Shown: positions 27,722 to 37,291 of the stretch, piece after piece | Layout: the number at the start of each line of letters is the position of its first letter | Numbering within the stretch: position 1 is the first letter of the stretch | Source of the DNA: a bacterium | GTDB taxonomy: Archaea > Nanobdellota > Nanobdellia > Pacearchaeales > GW2011-AR1 | NCBI GenBank assembly: GCA_036787775.1 | Contig: DAIQOR010000001.1 | Coordinates: 30,521-94,520 of the forward strand | DNA: 64,000 nt | Direction of reading: 5' to 3' | Made by a program: the position numbers and the translations under genes | Notes under the pieces: model-generated | Database searches by the model: none | Seen by the model: the letters and a program-made list of their open reading frames with translations, nothing else | Told to the model about the DNA's origin: nothing

Positions 27722-28413
27722 TTAAATTCTGATTTGGAATCTTCTAAAACAAAAACAATTTCTTCATCATCCTCAAAATTTTCCATATTAAAATCATTTT
27801 CTTCTAATAATTCATTCGAACAAGTCAAGCAATGTCCATACTCATTTGTTGTATCAATCGAAACAATGTTTTCGATAACTTCATACATTTTTCCCATCTT
27901 AATATCAACTTCTGAAGAATATGCTTCTTTTAAATTTGAGGAGGATTCACTACCAATTTTTTTAACGTTTAAATCATAATTTAATTCAGTGGAAACTTTC
28001 AAGTTTTCTATTTCAACATTCACCGAGGGTTGTCGTGAGCTAATTTCTAAATTTTCAAAATTTTCAAAATCTCCGATACAAAGAGAAAAACTTTCCAAAA
28101 TATAATTCGAGATCTCTCCTCCCAAATCTATTTTTGAAGGCAAAAGATTCTGATCTCCAGAATAATAATATGGGAGGCCTTCAGAATTTAAATTTTGTGT
28201 GGAAGGATTTTTTTGCTCACCAAATTCATACATTCCAATTAAACTCGCTTCATCAAAGCAATCTTGAACAAATTCTCTAACACCCTCGACATCTGGTGTA
28301 TAAATTCTATCTTCATTAGATGATTCCCCTCGCAACAAAAAATATCCTCCAACAGCCCCAACTATCACAACAGCAATTATAATAAAAATTGTAACCTGTC
28401 CACTCTTTTTCAT
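27700..28413 (-). CDS. Membrane-anchored hypothetical protein (N-terminal TM, acidic ectodomain)
   Basis: MKKSGQVTIFIIIAVVIVGAVGGYFLL anchor; 22-nt overlap with downstream gene suggests co-transcription. Confidence 0.4.
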   Translation of the reverse strand: MKKSGQVTIFIIIAVVIVGAVGGYFLLRGESSNEDRIYTPDVEGVREFVQDCFDEASLIGMYEFGEQKNPSTQNLNSEGLPYYYSGDQNLLPSKIDLGGEISNYILESFSLCIGDFENFENLEISSRQPSVNVEIENLKVSTELNYDLNVKKIGSESSSNLKEAYSSEVDIKMGKMYEVIENIVSIDTTNEYGHCLTCSNELLEENDFNMENFEDDEEIVFVLEDSKSEFKWIFVGK

Positions 28414-28443
28414 AAATTAAATTAGAATTCACACTATATAAAA

Positions 28444-28953
28444 TTATTTCTTCTTTCTAGCGTGTTTTGGATTTATCACGACGGGAGTTTCAATCACAAA
28501 TTTTTCTTTAACAATTATTTCTCCACCAACTTTCTTTATCTTTTCCATCGCAGATTCAGAAGCTTCAAAAGCAGTTATAAAGAATTTATTTTTAACTTCT
28601 CCAACTCCAAGAATCTTAAAAGAACTCAAATTAATTTCATATTTCTCTCCAACTTTTTTAGCAACGCCTTTCTTAACCAACTTCGCTAAATTCAATTCAA
28701 TAGTTCCAACATTTATTCTATCTCTTTTATCTCTTCTTGTTCCTTTACTTGTGATTCCTTGTTTTCCAAAATATCCATGTCCATATAATTTTGTAACTAA
28801 AGTTTTCTTCTGGTCTGCTCTCTTTCCTGTTCCAGCCATTCCAACTCCACCTTTATGTCCAGACTTTCGCTTGTTCTTTCTCGAACCACTTCCATGAGTT
28901 CCCATATTTTTTCCGTGGAATCTCTTAACTTTTTTTCTCTTCTTAATTTTCAT
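28444..28953 (-). CDS. rpl15: Ribosomal protein uL15
   Basis: Gly/Lys-rich N-term GHKGGVGMAGTGKR, position before secY. Confidence 0.85.
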   Translation of the reverse strand: MKIKKRKKVKRFHGKNMGTHGSGSRKNKRKSGHKGGVGMAGTGKRADQKKTLVTKLYGHGYFGKQGITSKGTRRDKRDRINVGTIELNLAKLVKKGVAKKVGEKYEINLSSFKILGVGEVKNKFFITAFEASESAMEKIKKVGGEIIVKEKFVIETPVVINPKHARKKK

Positions 28954-29315
28954 TATAACATTCTCCTCACTAATTCATTTATTTTATTTTTATTATCTCC
29001 TAAAACTCCTTTTCCAACTCCGAAATGTTTCTTTGTCTCCATTCCCCCTCGAGCAGGATGCAAACCGAAAAAAGGTTTCAACTTTCCATCTTTGTCTTTC
29101 TTTCCTCTTTTTTCGACGAGTTCTTTGTAAGTTTCTTTATCAATTTCTCCGTAAGCAATAAAATCTTTTACGCTTTTTATCATTCCTATTTGTTCAGGGG
29201 TTGGTTTTTCAAAAACAACACAAGCATATTTTTTTCTAAGTCTAAGTCTAAATAAAGTCTCAACGATTTCCTTCTTCAATCCTACTTGACCTCTAATTCG
29301 TATTGCGCAAATCAT
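28953..29315 (-). CDS. rpl30: Ribosomal protein uL30
   Basis: MICAIRIRGQVGL... typical L30/L7e. Confidence 0.85.
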   Translation of the reverse strand: MICAIRIRGQVGLKKEIVETLFRLRLRKKYACVVFEKPTPEQIGMIKSVKDFIAYGEIDKETYKELVEKRGKKDKDGKLKPFFGLHPARGGMETKKHFGVGKGVLGDNKNKINELVRRML

Positions 29316-30148
29316 TTTTTGCCTCCTGATTTAATCTTGTCAGAATCTTTATTTCTCATAGTTGTTTTTTCAAGAGCGTCCATACAAGCTTTAATTAAAT
29401 TGAAAGTAGTTCTTTGCTTTCCAAAAGTTTTACTATAAACATCTTTGATTCCAGCAAGTTTCAAAACTTTTTTCATTTCTCTCGCAACAACTAATCCTGT
29501 TCCCTGTGGAGCTGGAATTAAAGTAACTCTAACACTCCCTGCTTTTCCAGTAACTTCAAATGGAACAGTATGCAATTCTGAACAATCACAATCAAAAGCC
29601 GCGCATCCTCGTTTAACTTTTATCAAATTCAATTTAGCTTTTCGAGTAGCTTTATCTCTTGCTGGCAAAGTTTCTTTAGATTTTCCAACGCCAATACCTA
29701 CGTGCCCATTTTCGTCACCAACAACAGCCATAGTCGAGAAAGTCAAAACATTTCCTTCTTTAGTTTTTCTCTGAGTCTGTCTCCAAGCCCGTCTCTTTCC
29801 ACCACCAAATTTACCTTTAGCTTGACCAATTGATAATAAATCTGCTTTAATAGTTATTAAAGAATCAGAAATTTCTGGTTCAAGAATTCTCATTTTATTA
29901 TCTAAAATATAATCAATGTCCTTAATTTTTCCATCCTTAACATCCTGTCCCAACTTTGTCTTAACTTTCCATCCCGAAACAATTTCCTCTCGAGTGAATT
30001 CTCCTCTTCGATGTCTTCGCTCTTTGTCTCTCTTTTCTTCAAAAGATTCTTCCGCAACCTTTTCCCCGTCTTCAAGAATTTCCTCCGGAATTTCAGCTAG
30101 GTCGTCTTCTTCAATAATTTCCTTTACCATTTTTTCCTTTGCAACCAT
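29312..30148 (-). CDS. rps5: Ribosomal protein uS5 (with acidic N-terminal extension)
   Basis: S5 dsRBD and C-terminal domains (GRRRAWRQT..., VGIGVGKSKE); 278 aa. Confidence 0.85.
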   Translation of the reverse strand: MVAKEKMVKEIIEEDDLAEIPEEILEDGEKVAEESFEEKRDKERRHRRGEFTREEIVSGWKVKTKLGQDVKDGKIKDIDYILDNKMRILEPEISDSLITIKADLLSIGQAKGKFGGGKRRAWRQTQRKTKEGNVLTFSTMAVVGDENGHVGIGVGKSKETLPARDKATRKAKLNLIKVKRGCAAFDCDCSELHTVPFEVTGKAGSVRVTLIPAPQGTGLVVAREMKKVLKLAGIKDVYSKTFGKQRTTFNLIKACMDALEKTTMRNKDSDKIKSGGKK

Positions 30149-30636
30149 TATATTTTCTCCAAGTTTTGTTTAATTGTATTGAATGGAATTTTGTTCTTTA
30201 AATGTTCTCCTTTTATTCGATTTTCTTCTGGAAAACATTCTTCTTTGCAGCTTACATCAATACCGGCGTCAATCAAACCTTTCAAAAACGCGAACACTTT
30301 TGTTTTGTGCAAAGTTTGAATCATTCCGAAATCCACGATAGGACTTTCTTTCTTTTCTTTAAGAAGAATTTTTCCTGCTAAAAATCCAGTTAAATACGAC
30401 GCTGAAACAGATTTCAAACTTCCTTTAGCTTTTTCTGGCCAACCATGTTTCAATAACATCTTTGAACTAAAAGTAAATTCAACTTTATCTTGAGCTTCAT
30501 GACTCAAAACATATTGTGCAGTAGAATATTTGTTAGTTCTTCTAAAAACAAGTCTTGGCCTCTCACTTTTCAAAATTTTCAACCTTCTAAGATAATTAGT
30601 CTTACATTCCCTTCGTCTTCTTTTTACTAATCTCAT
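30148..30636 (-). CDS. rpl18: Ribosomal protein uL18
   Basis: MRLVKRRRRECKTNYLRRLKIL... Confidence 0.85.
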   Translation of the reverse strand: MRLVKRRRRECKTNYLRRLKILKSERPRLVFRRTNKYSTAQYVLSHEAQDKVEFTFSSKMLLKHGWPEKAKGSLKSVSASYLTGFLAGKILLKEKKESPIVDFGMIQTLHKTKVFAFLKGLIDAGIDVSCKEECFPEENRIKGEHLKNKIPFNTIKQNLEKI

Positions 30637-31040
30637 TTGCTTAATCCTCCAATATAATCTTTCAAATTAGCCTTGCTTTTAAACTTCCTGTTTCTAATTC
30701 TCTTACGAATTTCAGTAGATTCTTCCGGAGAAATATTTCCCTGCTTTTTCATTTCAGCAGTATAACTTCTCAATTTTCTTGTCATAATAACATATTCTTG
30801 TTTTCTTTTATTTACTTTTTTCTTAATCTTACCGGTTCCTCTCTTTCTTTTTCTTTTAACAACTTTCTTCCGACCCTTCGGTTCTTTGATTATAATTGCT
30901 CCTTCTGCAGTCAAATCTCGAATATCTTGTTTAGTGATAGCTTCCTTTATTTCGTCAAGTCTCGACTTTAAAAAAACAATTTTCTCTCTTCCAACATCTA
31001 ATGTCCGAGCAGCCAAGGATTTTTTCTTTCCTAAATTCAT
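30633..31040 (-). CDS. rpl19e: Ribosomal protein eL19
   Basis: KSLAARTLDVGREKIVF... L19e signature. Confidence 0.85.
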   Translation of the reverse strand: MNLGKKKSLAARTLDVGREKIVFLKSRLDEIKEAITKQDIRDLTAEGAIIIKEPKGRKKVVKRKRKRGTGKIKKKVNKRKQEYVIMTRKLRSYTAEMKKQGNISPEESTEIRKRIRNRKFKSKANLKDYIGGLSK

Positions 31041-31429
31041 TTTACATTCTCCTTCAAATTTATTTTTTCTAAAAATTTATCGGGATTAATATTATATAAT
31101 TGAATTTTACTTTCTTTTGCTTTCTTCACAATTTCAATTCTTTTCTTATTTCCAACTTTTGCAACAACTCCGATTTGATTTGCTTTTATTTTCAATAAAT
31201 CTTGAATATTCTTAATCATAACTCTCTCCTTGTCCTTTAATTTGTCTCGAACAGCTTTATCACTTCTATAACCAATACTCACACTTACTGGATGCCCTCT
31301 AATCTTTTCCCTCATCTTGTTATCTCTTCCAGTCGGCTTTTTCCATTTCTGCTTTTTCTTTCTTCCTCGTCCCAACTTTGAATGTTTATGCCAAACGTGC
31401 CTCAAAAATTGTTTAATTTTTCTAACCAT
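31037..31429 (-). CDS. rpl32e: Ribosomal protein eL32
   Basis: WHKHSKLGRGRKKKQKWKKPTGRDNKMR L32e signature. Confidence 0.85.
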   Translation of the reverse strand: MVRKIKQFLRHVWHKHSKLGRGRKKKQKWKKPTGRDNKMREKIRGHPVSVSIGYRSDKAVRDKLKDKERVMIKNIQDLLKIKANQIGVVAKVGNKKRIEIVKKAKESKIQLYNINPDKFLEKINLKENVK

Positions 31430-31972
31430 TTACATTTCCTTCCCCGCTTTATTTGTGATATAAATTCCATCTTGGAAAATTCTTTTATCTCTTCCAGTAA
31501 TTCGAGTAACTTTTTCCAAATTTGCCGAAGCTTGCCCAGCAAGTTCTTTATTTACGGAAGTTATGGTAATTATCTCTTTATTCATTTTTATGTCCACTCC
31601 CGACGGCATTCTCACTGATCTAGGAACTTTTTCTCCTAAAAAGTTTTTAACAATTGCCTGATTTCCTTTAAACTCAACTGTAAACGGAAAATGACTATGA
31701 CAAATTTTTAAAGTGTATTCAAATTTTTCCTGAACACCTTTAATCATATTATTAATGTGTGCAAAAATTGAATTCATCATTTTTTTCTCTGCTTTGGTAG
31801 ATCTTTTATTTCCAAAAATAAGTTTATTTCCTTTCTTTTCAAAACTCAATCGAGCCACATTAAATCTTTTTTTCAATTCACCTTGAGGACCTTTAATTGT
31901 CAACAAGCCTTCATCAATAGTCGCTTCAATTCCCGAAGGAATTTCAATTTCTTGGAATAATTCCTTTTTCAT
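31430..31972 (-). CDS. rpl6: Ribosomal protein uL6
   Basis: Two-domain L6; start set to internal ATG (MKKELFQ) 1 nt overlapping rps8 stop; ORF-track start 31996 overlaps rps8. Confidence 0.8.
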   Translation of the reverse strand: MKKELFQEIEIPSGIEATIDEGLLTIKGPQGELKKRFNVARLSFEKKGNKLIFGNKRSTKAEKKMMNSIFAHINNMIKGVQEKFEYTLKICHSHFPFTVEFKGNQAIVKNFLGEKVPRSVRMPSGVDIKMNKEIITITSVNKELAGQASANLEKVTRITGRDKRIFQDGIYITNKAGKEM

Positions 31973-32352
31973 TAGTAAAAGTACGCAATTAAGCATCCTC
32001 CAATATTTTCTTCTTGAGCTTCTTCGTGAGTCATCAAACCTTTGTTTGTCGAAACAATCACTGTTCCCAAATCTCTTGCTGGCAAATATCTTCTTCGGTA
32101 TTTTTCAATTTGAGATTTATCAACGGTGAATCGAGGTTTTATTGCCTTACATTCAAACAAATCGCCCATTGTAACTTCCACAGATTTTCCTTTAGCATCA
32201 ATCTTATATCGAATTACCGCGCCTTTCTGTTTCATGATTTTCAAAATCTCAATTAATAAGTTGGAAATTATGTTTACCTTAACCGTTTCTTTCCCTGCCT
32301 TCTTGGCATTCCGTATCATATTCAAAGCATCTGCAACTATATCGTGTGACAT
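31972..32352 (-). CDS. rps8: Ribosomal protein uS8
   Basis: MSHDIVADALNMIRNA... Confidence 0.85.
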   Translation of the reverse strand: MSHDIVADALNMIRNAKKAGKETVKVNIISNLLIEILKIMKQKGAVIRYKIDAKGKSVEVTMGDLFECKAIKPRFTVDKSQIEKYRRRYLPARDLGTVIVSTNKGLMTHEEAQEENIGGCLIAYFY

Positions 32353-32375
32353 TTTATTTTTCTCCGTTTTCCATT

Positions 32376-32606
32376 TTAACTATATTTTTGAAAGCCGATT
32401 TCAACTGCAACTTCTCTGAAGCAGTGTCGACATAAATTTAATCCGTATGATTTTATGTGAGCGCCGAATCTTCCGCACCTTTCACATTTTTTTGCAGCAA
32501 TTCCAGTTTTTCTATCTTTTGGTTTGTTATGTTTCAAAAACTTTGCCTTAATCGCTGGTTTAGCATTAAGCTGTTTCAAAAACTTTCTCCAATCGCTTGC
32601 AGTCAT
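32376..32606 (-). CDS. rps14: Ribosomal protein uS14 (zinc-binding type)
   Basis: CERCGRFGAHIKSYGLNLCRHCFRE C4 zinc motif. Confidence 0.85.
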   Translation of the reverse strand: MTASDWRKFLKQLNAKPAIKAKFLKHNKPKDRKTGIAAKKCERCGRFGAHIKSYGLNLCRHCFREVAVEIGFQKYS

Positions 32607-33163
32607 TTTTTAATAAACTTCGTACCGAAGTTTTCCTCCATGAATTTAATAATTTCTTCTCTAGAGATTATTTGCTTTTTAGGAATTCTTCCTTTCTTAA
32701 TTTTTCTTAATCTAACTCTTCTTCCAGCTCTCTTGAAAACAACTGTAACATCAAAACCTCGAATACCAATTTCTCTTTGATATTCTATTCCAGGAATTTC
32801 AATATATTCTTTAATTCCAAAAGAGAAATTATTTTCACTAATTTGTTTTGCTTTCAAAACATTATCAATTGTAACCAACATTTTTTTCAAAAATTCATTA
32901 ATGTCTTTTCGAATTGTAACCACTGCTCCAATTTCAAGACCAGGTCTAACATTTAAAGTTGGAATTCTTCTTTTCGACTTCATCTTCGACGGATTTCTAT
33001 CAGGAACAAGTAATTTCAAAAGTTGAAAACCTTTTTGTAAATCCTCTCCAATTCCCCCTACGCTCAAAACAACTTTCTCTATTCTTATTTCTCTCATCGA
33101 ATTTTCCTTATCCATTTTCATTTTGTTTTTTTCCATTTTACTTTTCTCAATTTTTTTAGTCAT
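32603..33163 (-). CDS. rpl5: Ribosomal protein uL5
   Basis: EIRIEKVVLSVGGIGEDL... L5 signature. Confidence 0.85.
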   Translation of the reverse strand: MTKKIEKSKMEKNKMKMDKENSMREIRIEKVVLSVGGIGEDLQKGFQLLKLLVPDRNPSKMKSKRRIPTLNVRPGLEIGAVVTIRKDINEFLKKMLVTIDNVLKAKQISENNFSFGIKEYIEIPGIEYQREIGIRGFDVTVVFKRAGRRVRLRKIKKGRIPKKQIISREEIIKFMEENFGTKFIKK

Positions 33164-33810
33164 TCTAACACCATCAATTGTTTAATTAAAATATTAACAT
33201 CTTCTTTATCAATCTTCAGTTTAGCCATTTTTCTGTCGACTTTAATTTTATCAATTATTCCCTCCGCTCCAGCATATTTACCCTCGAATGCAAGAACCTT
33301 AGATTTTTCTTTCAAAGGCAAACATTTCTCAATTTTTTTATCTTTCAAATTTACTAAAACTGAATCTCCAACATTACATTTTATGTCCGATAAAAAATTT
33401 CTACCATCACTCAAATTTATCTGAACTTTCTTTCCTCTTAAAGTTTTCTTATCTACAATTTTTGCAACTTTAGTATTGATTTCATTTTCTTTAATTTCAA
33501 CCATTTCAAATTTTCCCTGTTTAGATAATTCTAATCTGTAAGCTTTCTTCGACGGGACTAAAAATAAAGTATCAAAAAGTAACATTGCAGTTCTGTCTTC
33601 TTTTACTAATCTATTATTTAATAAAATAGTTTCACTATGAATTGCCCTTTTCACTTCTTTTCTATTTTGAACAACTTTCAAAATATCCCTCAACACAATT
33701 AAAAGTGGAATACCTTTTTCATCGTTTGAACCTGGCTTAACTACAAATGTTGTACCTTTTCTTTGCAAAGGCCATTTCCGAGATATTTCTTGTCTTTTTA
33801 AGTGAGCCAT
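33160..33810 (-). CDS. rps4e: Ribosomal protein eS4
   Basis: MAHLKRQEISRKWPLQRKGTTFVVKP... S4e. Confidence 0.85.
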   Translation of the reverse strand: MAHLKRQEISRKWPLQRKGTTFVVKPGSNDEKGIPLLIVLRDILKVVQNRKEVKRAIHSETILLNNRLVKEDRTAMLLFDTLFLVPSKKAYRLELSKQGKFEMVEIKENEINTKVAKIVDKKTLRGKKVQINLSDGRNFLSDIKCNVGDSVLVNLKDKKIEKCLPLKEKSKVLAFEGKYAGAEGIIDKIKVDRKMAKLKIDKEDVNILIKQLMVLE

Positions 33811-34247
33811 TATTTCTTGTCCTCCTTATTTTCAGGTTTAACTTCCTTTTTAGGAGTTTCCTTTTTCACTTCTGTTTTCAATTTCTTCGCTCTCTTTTTA
33901 TCATCCAAATACAATTCAATTATTTGTAAATTTGAAGCCTTCAAAGGAACATTAACTTTCGAACCATCCATTTTTTTTATTTGCATTCCTTCAACATAAA
34001 TTTTCGCAAGTTTAGTTTTTACTTCAATAACCTTTCCTTGTTTATTTTTGAATTTTCCTCTCATAATTTTAACCTTGTCACCTTTTCTAACAGAGATAGT
34101 TCTCTTTCCATGTTTTGCTCTCAAATCTTTAGACAAATTAGAACCCAAAGTTTTTCTTTTCAAATGTAACGGAGCCTTCGCTAAATACTTCCTCTGTTTC
34201 CGAGGCTGTTTACTTGCTTTCCATGCTGTTGAAAATTCTTTTTTCAT
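33810..34247 (-). CDS. rpl24: Ribosomal protein uL24 (KOW)
   Basis: KOW motif VRKGDKVKIMRGKFKNKQGKVIEV; start set to internal ATG (MKKEFSTAW) just downstream of rpl14 stop. Confidence 0.8.
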   Translation of the reverse strand: MKKEFSTAWKASKQPRKQRKYLAKAPLHLKRKTLGSNLSKDLRAKHGKRTISVRKGDKVKIMRGKFKNKQGKVIEVKTKLAKIYVEGMQIKKMDGSKVNVPLKASNLQIIELYLDDKKRAKKLKTEVKKETPKKEVKPENKEDKK

Positions 34248-34248
34248 T

Positions 34249-34650
34249 TTAATATACAATTGAAGCAATTTTCGCCACTGTTGGCCATCGCTCCATTACC
34301 TCCCTTGCAATTGGTCCCTTGATTTGAGTCCCTTTTGGGTTACCTTTTTCATCTTTGAGTATTGCTACCGCGTTATCCTCAAACATAACTCTTTCTCCAC
34401 TTAATCTTCTATATGATTTTTTTTGTCGCACAATCACTGCATCAAAAACTTTACCTTTCATATCAGGAATCCCTTTTCGAACACTAACCTTAACCCAGTC
34501 TCCGATTTTTCCACAAACCTGCCGACCTTTCTTTGCCTTAGATCTTTTAACTGAAACTAATCGAACAATCTTCGCACCACTATTGTCTGCCGCAACAAGT
34601 CTTGCCCCAAGATTCAACCCAGGTGTTGTTCTCGCCGAAACTGCTTTCAT
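34249..34650 (-). CDS. rpl14: Ribosomal protein uL14
   Basis: GARLVAADNSGAKIVRLVSV... Confidence 0.85.
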   Translation of the reverse strand: MKAVSARTTPGLNLGARLVAADNSGAKIVRLVSVKRSKAKKGRQVCGKIGDWVKVSVRKGIPDMKGKVFDAVIVRQKKSYRRLSGERVMFEDNAVAILKDEKGNPKGTQIKGPIAREVMERWPTVAKIASIVY

Positions 34651-35000
34651 TCTTTCTTTTCTCCAATTTTATTTATTACGACAAAATGTATAATCTTACT
34701 TAATGGACGACATTCTTGAATTTTTACAGAATCTCCGATATTAATTTGTTTTTCCATACAATCTGGAAGTCGAGCGTGAATCTTTGTTCGAGATTTGGCA
34801 TATCGTTCATATTTTCTTATGTAAATCATTCTTTCAAATTCAATTGTAATTCGTTTATGAAACTTTCTAATAACTTTACCCTCGAAAGTTCTACCTCGAA
34901 CTTTTAAGTTCCCATGAATATGACAATTTCTATCGTTACATTCAGTTCCAACTAAGTTTTCCACTTTGCCTTCTGTTTGTTTCTTTGTTTTTTCTTTCAT
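34647..35000 (-). CDS. rps17: Ribosomal protein uS17
   Basis: GRTFEGKVIRKFHKRITIEFERMIYIRKYERYAKSRTKIHA. Confidence 0.85.
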   Translation of the reverse strand: MKEKTKKQTEGKVENLVGTECNDRNCHIHGNLKVRGRTFEGKVIRKFHKRITIEFERMIYIRKYERYAKSRTKIHARLPDCMEKQINIGDSVKIQECRPLSKIIHFVVINKIGEKKE

Positions 35001-35034
35001 TTTGTTTTTTCTGTGTATGCTCTTTTTCCGCGGT

Positions 35035-35334
35035 TCACTCTTCGATCGATTCCTCGTCGAATCCGTGTTTGATCAGAAGAGATTTTATTCTCTTCGTGTG
35101 ATCCCCTTGTATTTCGATTATGTCGTTCTTGTCAGTTCCTCCGCAAGCCAACTCATTTTTCAGAGCCTTTGCGATTTTCTTGACATCGACGCCTTTGTCG
35201 AATCCACTAACAACAGTAACGATTTTTCCATATCGTTTTTTGTCCGTTGTTATCTTTATCCTCTGTGAACTTTTCACAATCTGTTCACACACACAAGCTT
35301 GACTCGGCAAGCCACATTTTGGACATATTTCCAT
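35035..35334 (-). CDS. Translation initiation factor SUI1 (aIF1) with N-terminal Zn-ribbon
   Basis: MEICPKCGLPSQACVCE then SUI1 fold (KIVTVVSGFDK...ELACGGT). Confidence 0.75.
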   Translation of the reverse strand: MEICPKCGLPSQACVCEQIVKSSQRIKITTDKKRYGKIVTVVSGFDKGVDVKKIAKALKNELACGGTDKNDIIEIQGDHTKRIKSLLIKHGFDEESIEE

Positions 35335-35336
35335 GT

Positions 35337-35534
35337 TTATTTGTTGTTCAACACCTCCTTATCTTCTAAGGTGTTGATTGTATGTATTCTTGCAATTATT
35401 TTTTTGATTTCTTTTATCCTCGAACTTCCACCCTTTCCAGTGTTTCCTTTCGACTTAATTAATTCCATTTTTAATTCCTTTAACTTCTTTTCCCTTTCTG
35501 CTTTATTTATTTTTTTTATTTCAGTTACTTTCAT
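35337..35534 (-). CDS. rpl29: Ribosomal protein uL29
   Basis: 65 aa, EKKLKELKMELIKSK helical L29. Confidence 0.8.
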   Translation of the reverse strand: MKVTEIKKINKAEREKKLKELKMELIKSKGNTGKGGSSRIKEIKKIIARIHTINTLEDKEVLNNK

Positions 35535-36202
35535 TTTTTACTTTTCCTTTTAATTTTTTTAAGCAATTCTTCTGGAGCATCCATATTCAATTTCATTTGT
35601 GCAAGCATCTCGTCGTTAACTTCAATTTTATCAATAAGTTTAACATGAGGGGATAATATGCTAACTTTGATTCCAACAGTTCCAGGTTTTGTTTCTGCTC
35701 GTGCTTGAGCTCTATCAACCAATTTTGCCGGCTCACCAGTTTTTTTCAAATAACCTTGAGCGAATCTCCAAGACTTAGCTCTCGCCCCCGGAAGTTTTCC
35801 ACCTAATCTAATTTCAACTCCCATCGCGCCAGCCTTCATAATCTTTTGAAGAGTTTTGTAAGCAATAACCTTGAACTTCATTGGACCAAATCTTTCTAAT
35901 CCTAAAGCAATTTCATCAGCCATAACTTGGGAATCAAATTCCGGTTCAAGAATTTCATAAATCTCTACATGAGGATTTTCCAATTTAAAATTTGCTTTCA
36001 ACATTTGAGTTAACTCGTTAATTTTTTCTCCGCCTCGTCCAATAACCAAACCCGGTTTATGAGTTGAAATTATTACCTTCTCACCGACGGGAGTGTATTC
36101 AATTTTTACCCGACTAACTTTACCCTTTCCTAAATTTTCTTTGATAGCATTTTTAACTGCGAATTCTTCTTTCTTCAAATCAACAGTTTTTCTTTCTTCC
36201 AT
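35531..36202 (-). CDS. rps3: Ribosomal protein uS3
   Basis: KH domain LVIGRGGEKINELT, 223 aa. Confidence 0.85.
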   Translation of the reverse strand: MEERKTVDLKKEEFAVKNAIKENLGKGKVSRVKIEYTPVGEKVIISTHKPGLVIGRGGEKINELTQMLKANFKLENPHVEIYEILEPEFDSQVMADEIALGLERFGPMKFKVIAYKTLQKIMKAGAMGVEIRLGGKLPGARAKSWRFAQGYLKKTGEPAKLVDRAQARAETKPGTVGIKVSILSPHVKLIDKIEVNDEMLAQMKLNMDAPEELLKKIKRKSKK

Positions 36203-36259
36203 TAAAAATAACCTCCCTGCAATTTTTTAATGTATGAAAATCTTTGATTTAATTCCATT

Positions 36260-36886
36260 TTATTTCTTTTTCTCCATTTTTTTATTAACTATTTTCTTTT
36301 TATCTTTTTTAGGTTTAATCATTTTCTTGTCCATAACTTTCAATCGAATATGAGTTCTTTTTCTTTTTATTCCGCCTTTTCCAAAAGGTCTTTGTGCACG
36401 ATTTGCCGAAGCCTCGACGATAACTGGATTTTCCAAACCGTTCATAACTGCGTTTCCCTTCAATCCTTTCAATAAAACGATAAAATGTTCAGAAGCTCTT
36501 TTCGGGAATCTTCCCGACATCATTCCTTTTCCTTTTCGATGAGGAATTTCGCCTTTCATCGGAACAGCTTTTTTCTTAACAATAACTTGCTCCAAATCTG
36601 AGATAGCAGTTTCAATACTTTTATATTTAAGAAATTTACAAATCGCCATAGCATATTTAGTAGAAACATGAACACTCTGAGCATTAATTAAAGCGTGATC
36701 TTTCTTAACAATTTCTTTTTTGATAATCGGTTTTTTCTTTTCTTCTTTAACTTCAGCATTTTCAATTTTTTCTTCTTTAATTTCTTTCTTCAACGGAGCT
36801 TTCTCAACTTTTTGTTTCGCACTATTTTCTAAAGCTGTACCAACTTTTTTCATTTTCTGTTCTGGGTTATAATTTTTTTCTGTCAT
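36260..36886 (-). CDS. rpl22: Ribosomal protein uL22 with N- and C-terminal Lys/Glu-rich extensions
   Basis: Core AICKFLKYKSIETAISDLEQV...; 208 aa versus typical about 150. Confidence 0.8.
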   Translation of the reverse strand: MTEKNYNPEQKMKKVGTALENSAKQKVEKAPLKKEIKEEKIENAEVKEEKKKPIIKKEIVKKDHALINAQSVHVSTKYAMAICKFLKYKSIETAISDLEQVIVKKKAVPMKGEIPHRKGKGMMSGRFPKRASEHFIVLLKGLKGNAVMNGLENPVIVEASANRAQRPFGKGGIKRKRTHIRLKVMDKKMIKPKKDKKKIVNKKMEKKK

Positions 36887-36888
36887 TT

Positions 36889-37290
36889 TTATTTCTTTGA
36901 TTTAGCACGAGAACCTTTCGTCGCACCAACTCCTGATTTACTATGAATAATTCTTGCCCTCGTCGGAGCGAATTCTCCGAATTTATGACCAAGCATTTCT
37001 CCAACAATTTCTACCGGAACAAATTTATTTCCGTTGTAAATTTGAAATTTCATTCCGACCATTTGTGGAACAACAACTAAATCTCTTTTATGAGTTCGAA
37101 TTACTTTCTTACCTTTAGAAAATTTATCATTTGCTCTGCTCACGAAATTTTCTATCTCTTGGAAATTTCTTAAAATTGTTCTCCGATTTCTTGCAGGAAT
37201 AATTTTTGCAAATTCACGAATACTCATTTCTTGTAATTCCTCGATGGTCTTCCCTTTAAATTTGAATTCTTTTTTCTTGTATTCTTCCAT
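36889..37290 (-). CDS. rps19: Ribosomal protein uS19
   Basis: KFVPVEIVGEMLGHKFGEFAPTR. Confidence 0.85.
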   Translation of the reverse strand: MEEYKKKEFKFKGKTIEELQEMSIREFAKIIPARNRRTILRNFQEIENFVSRANDKFSKGKKVIRTHKRDLVVVPQMVGMKFQIYNGNKFVPVEIVGEMLGHKFGEFAPTRARIIHSKSGVGATKGSRAKSKK

Positions 37291-37291
37291 T

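Noticed and set aside
29445-29774. Numerous 60-170-aa ORFs antisense to or overlapping ribosomal and other well-supported genes (e.g. 29445..29774, 51624..52124, 59107..59760, 23628..24083, 370..762)
   Set aside because: They lie inside or antisense to genes with strong homology signatures and are low-complexity products of AT-rich sequence; treated as spurious
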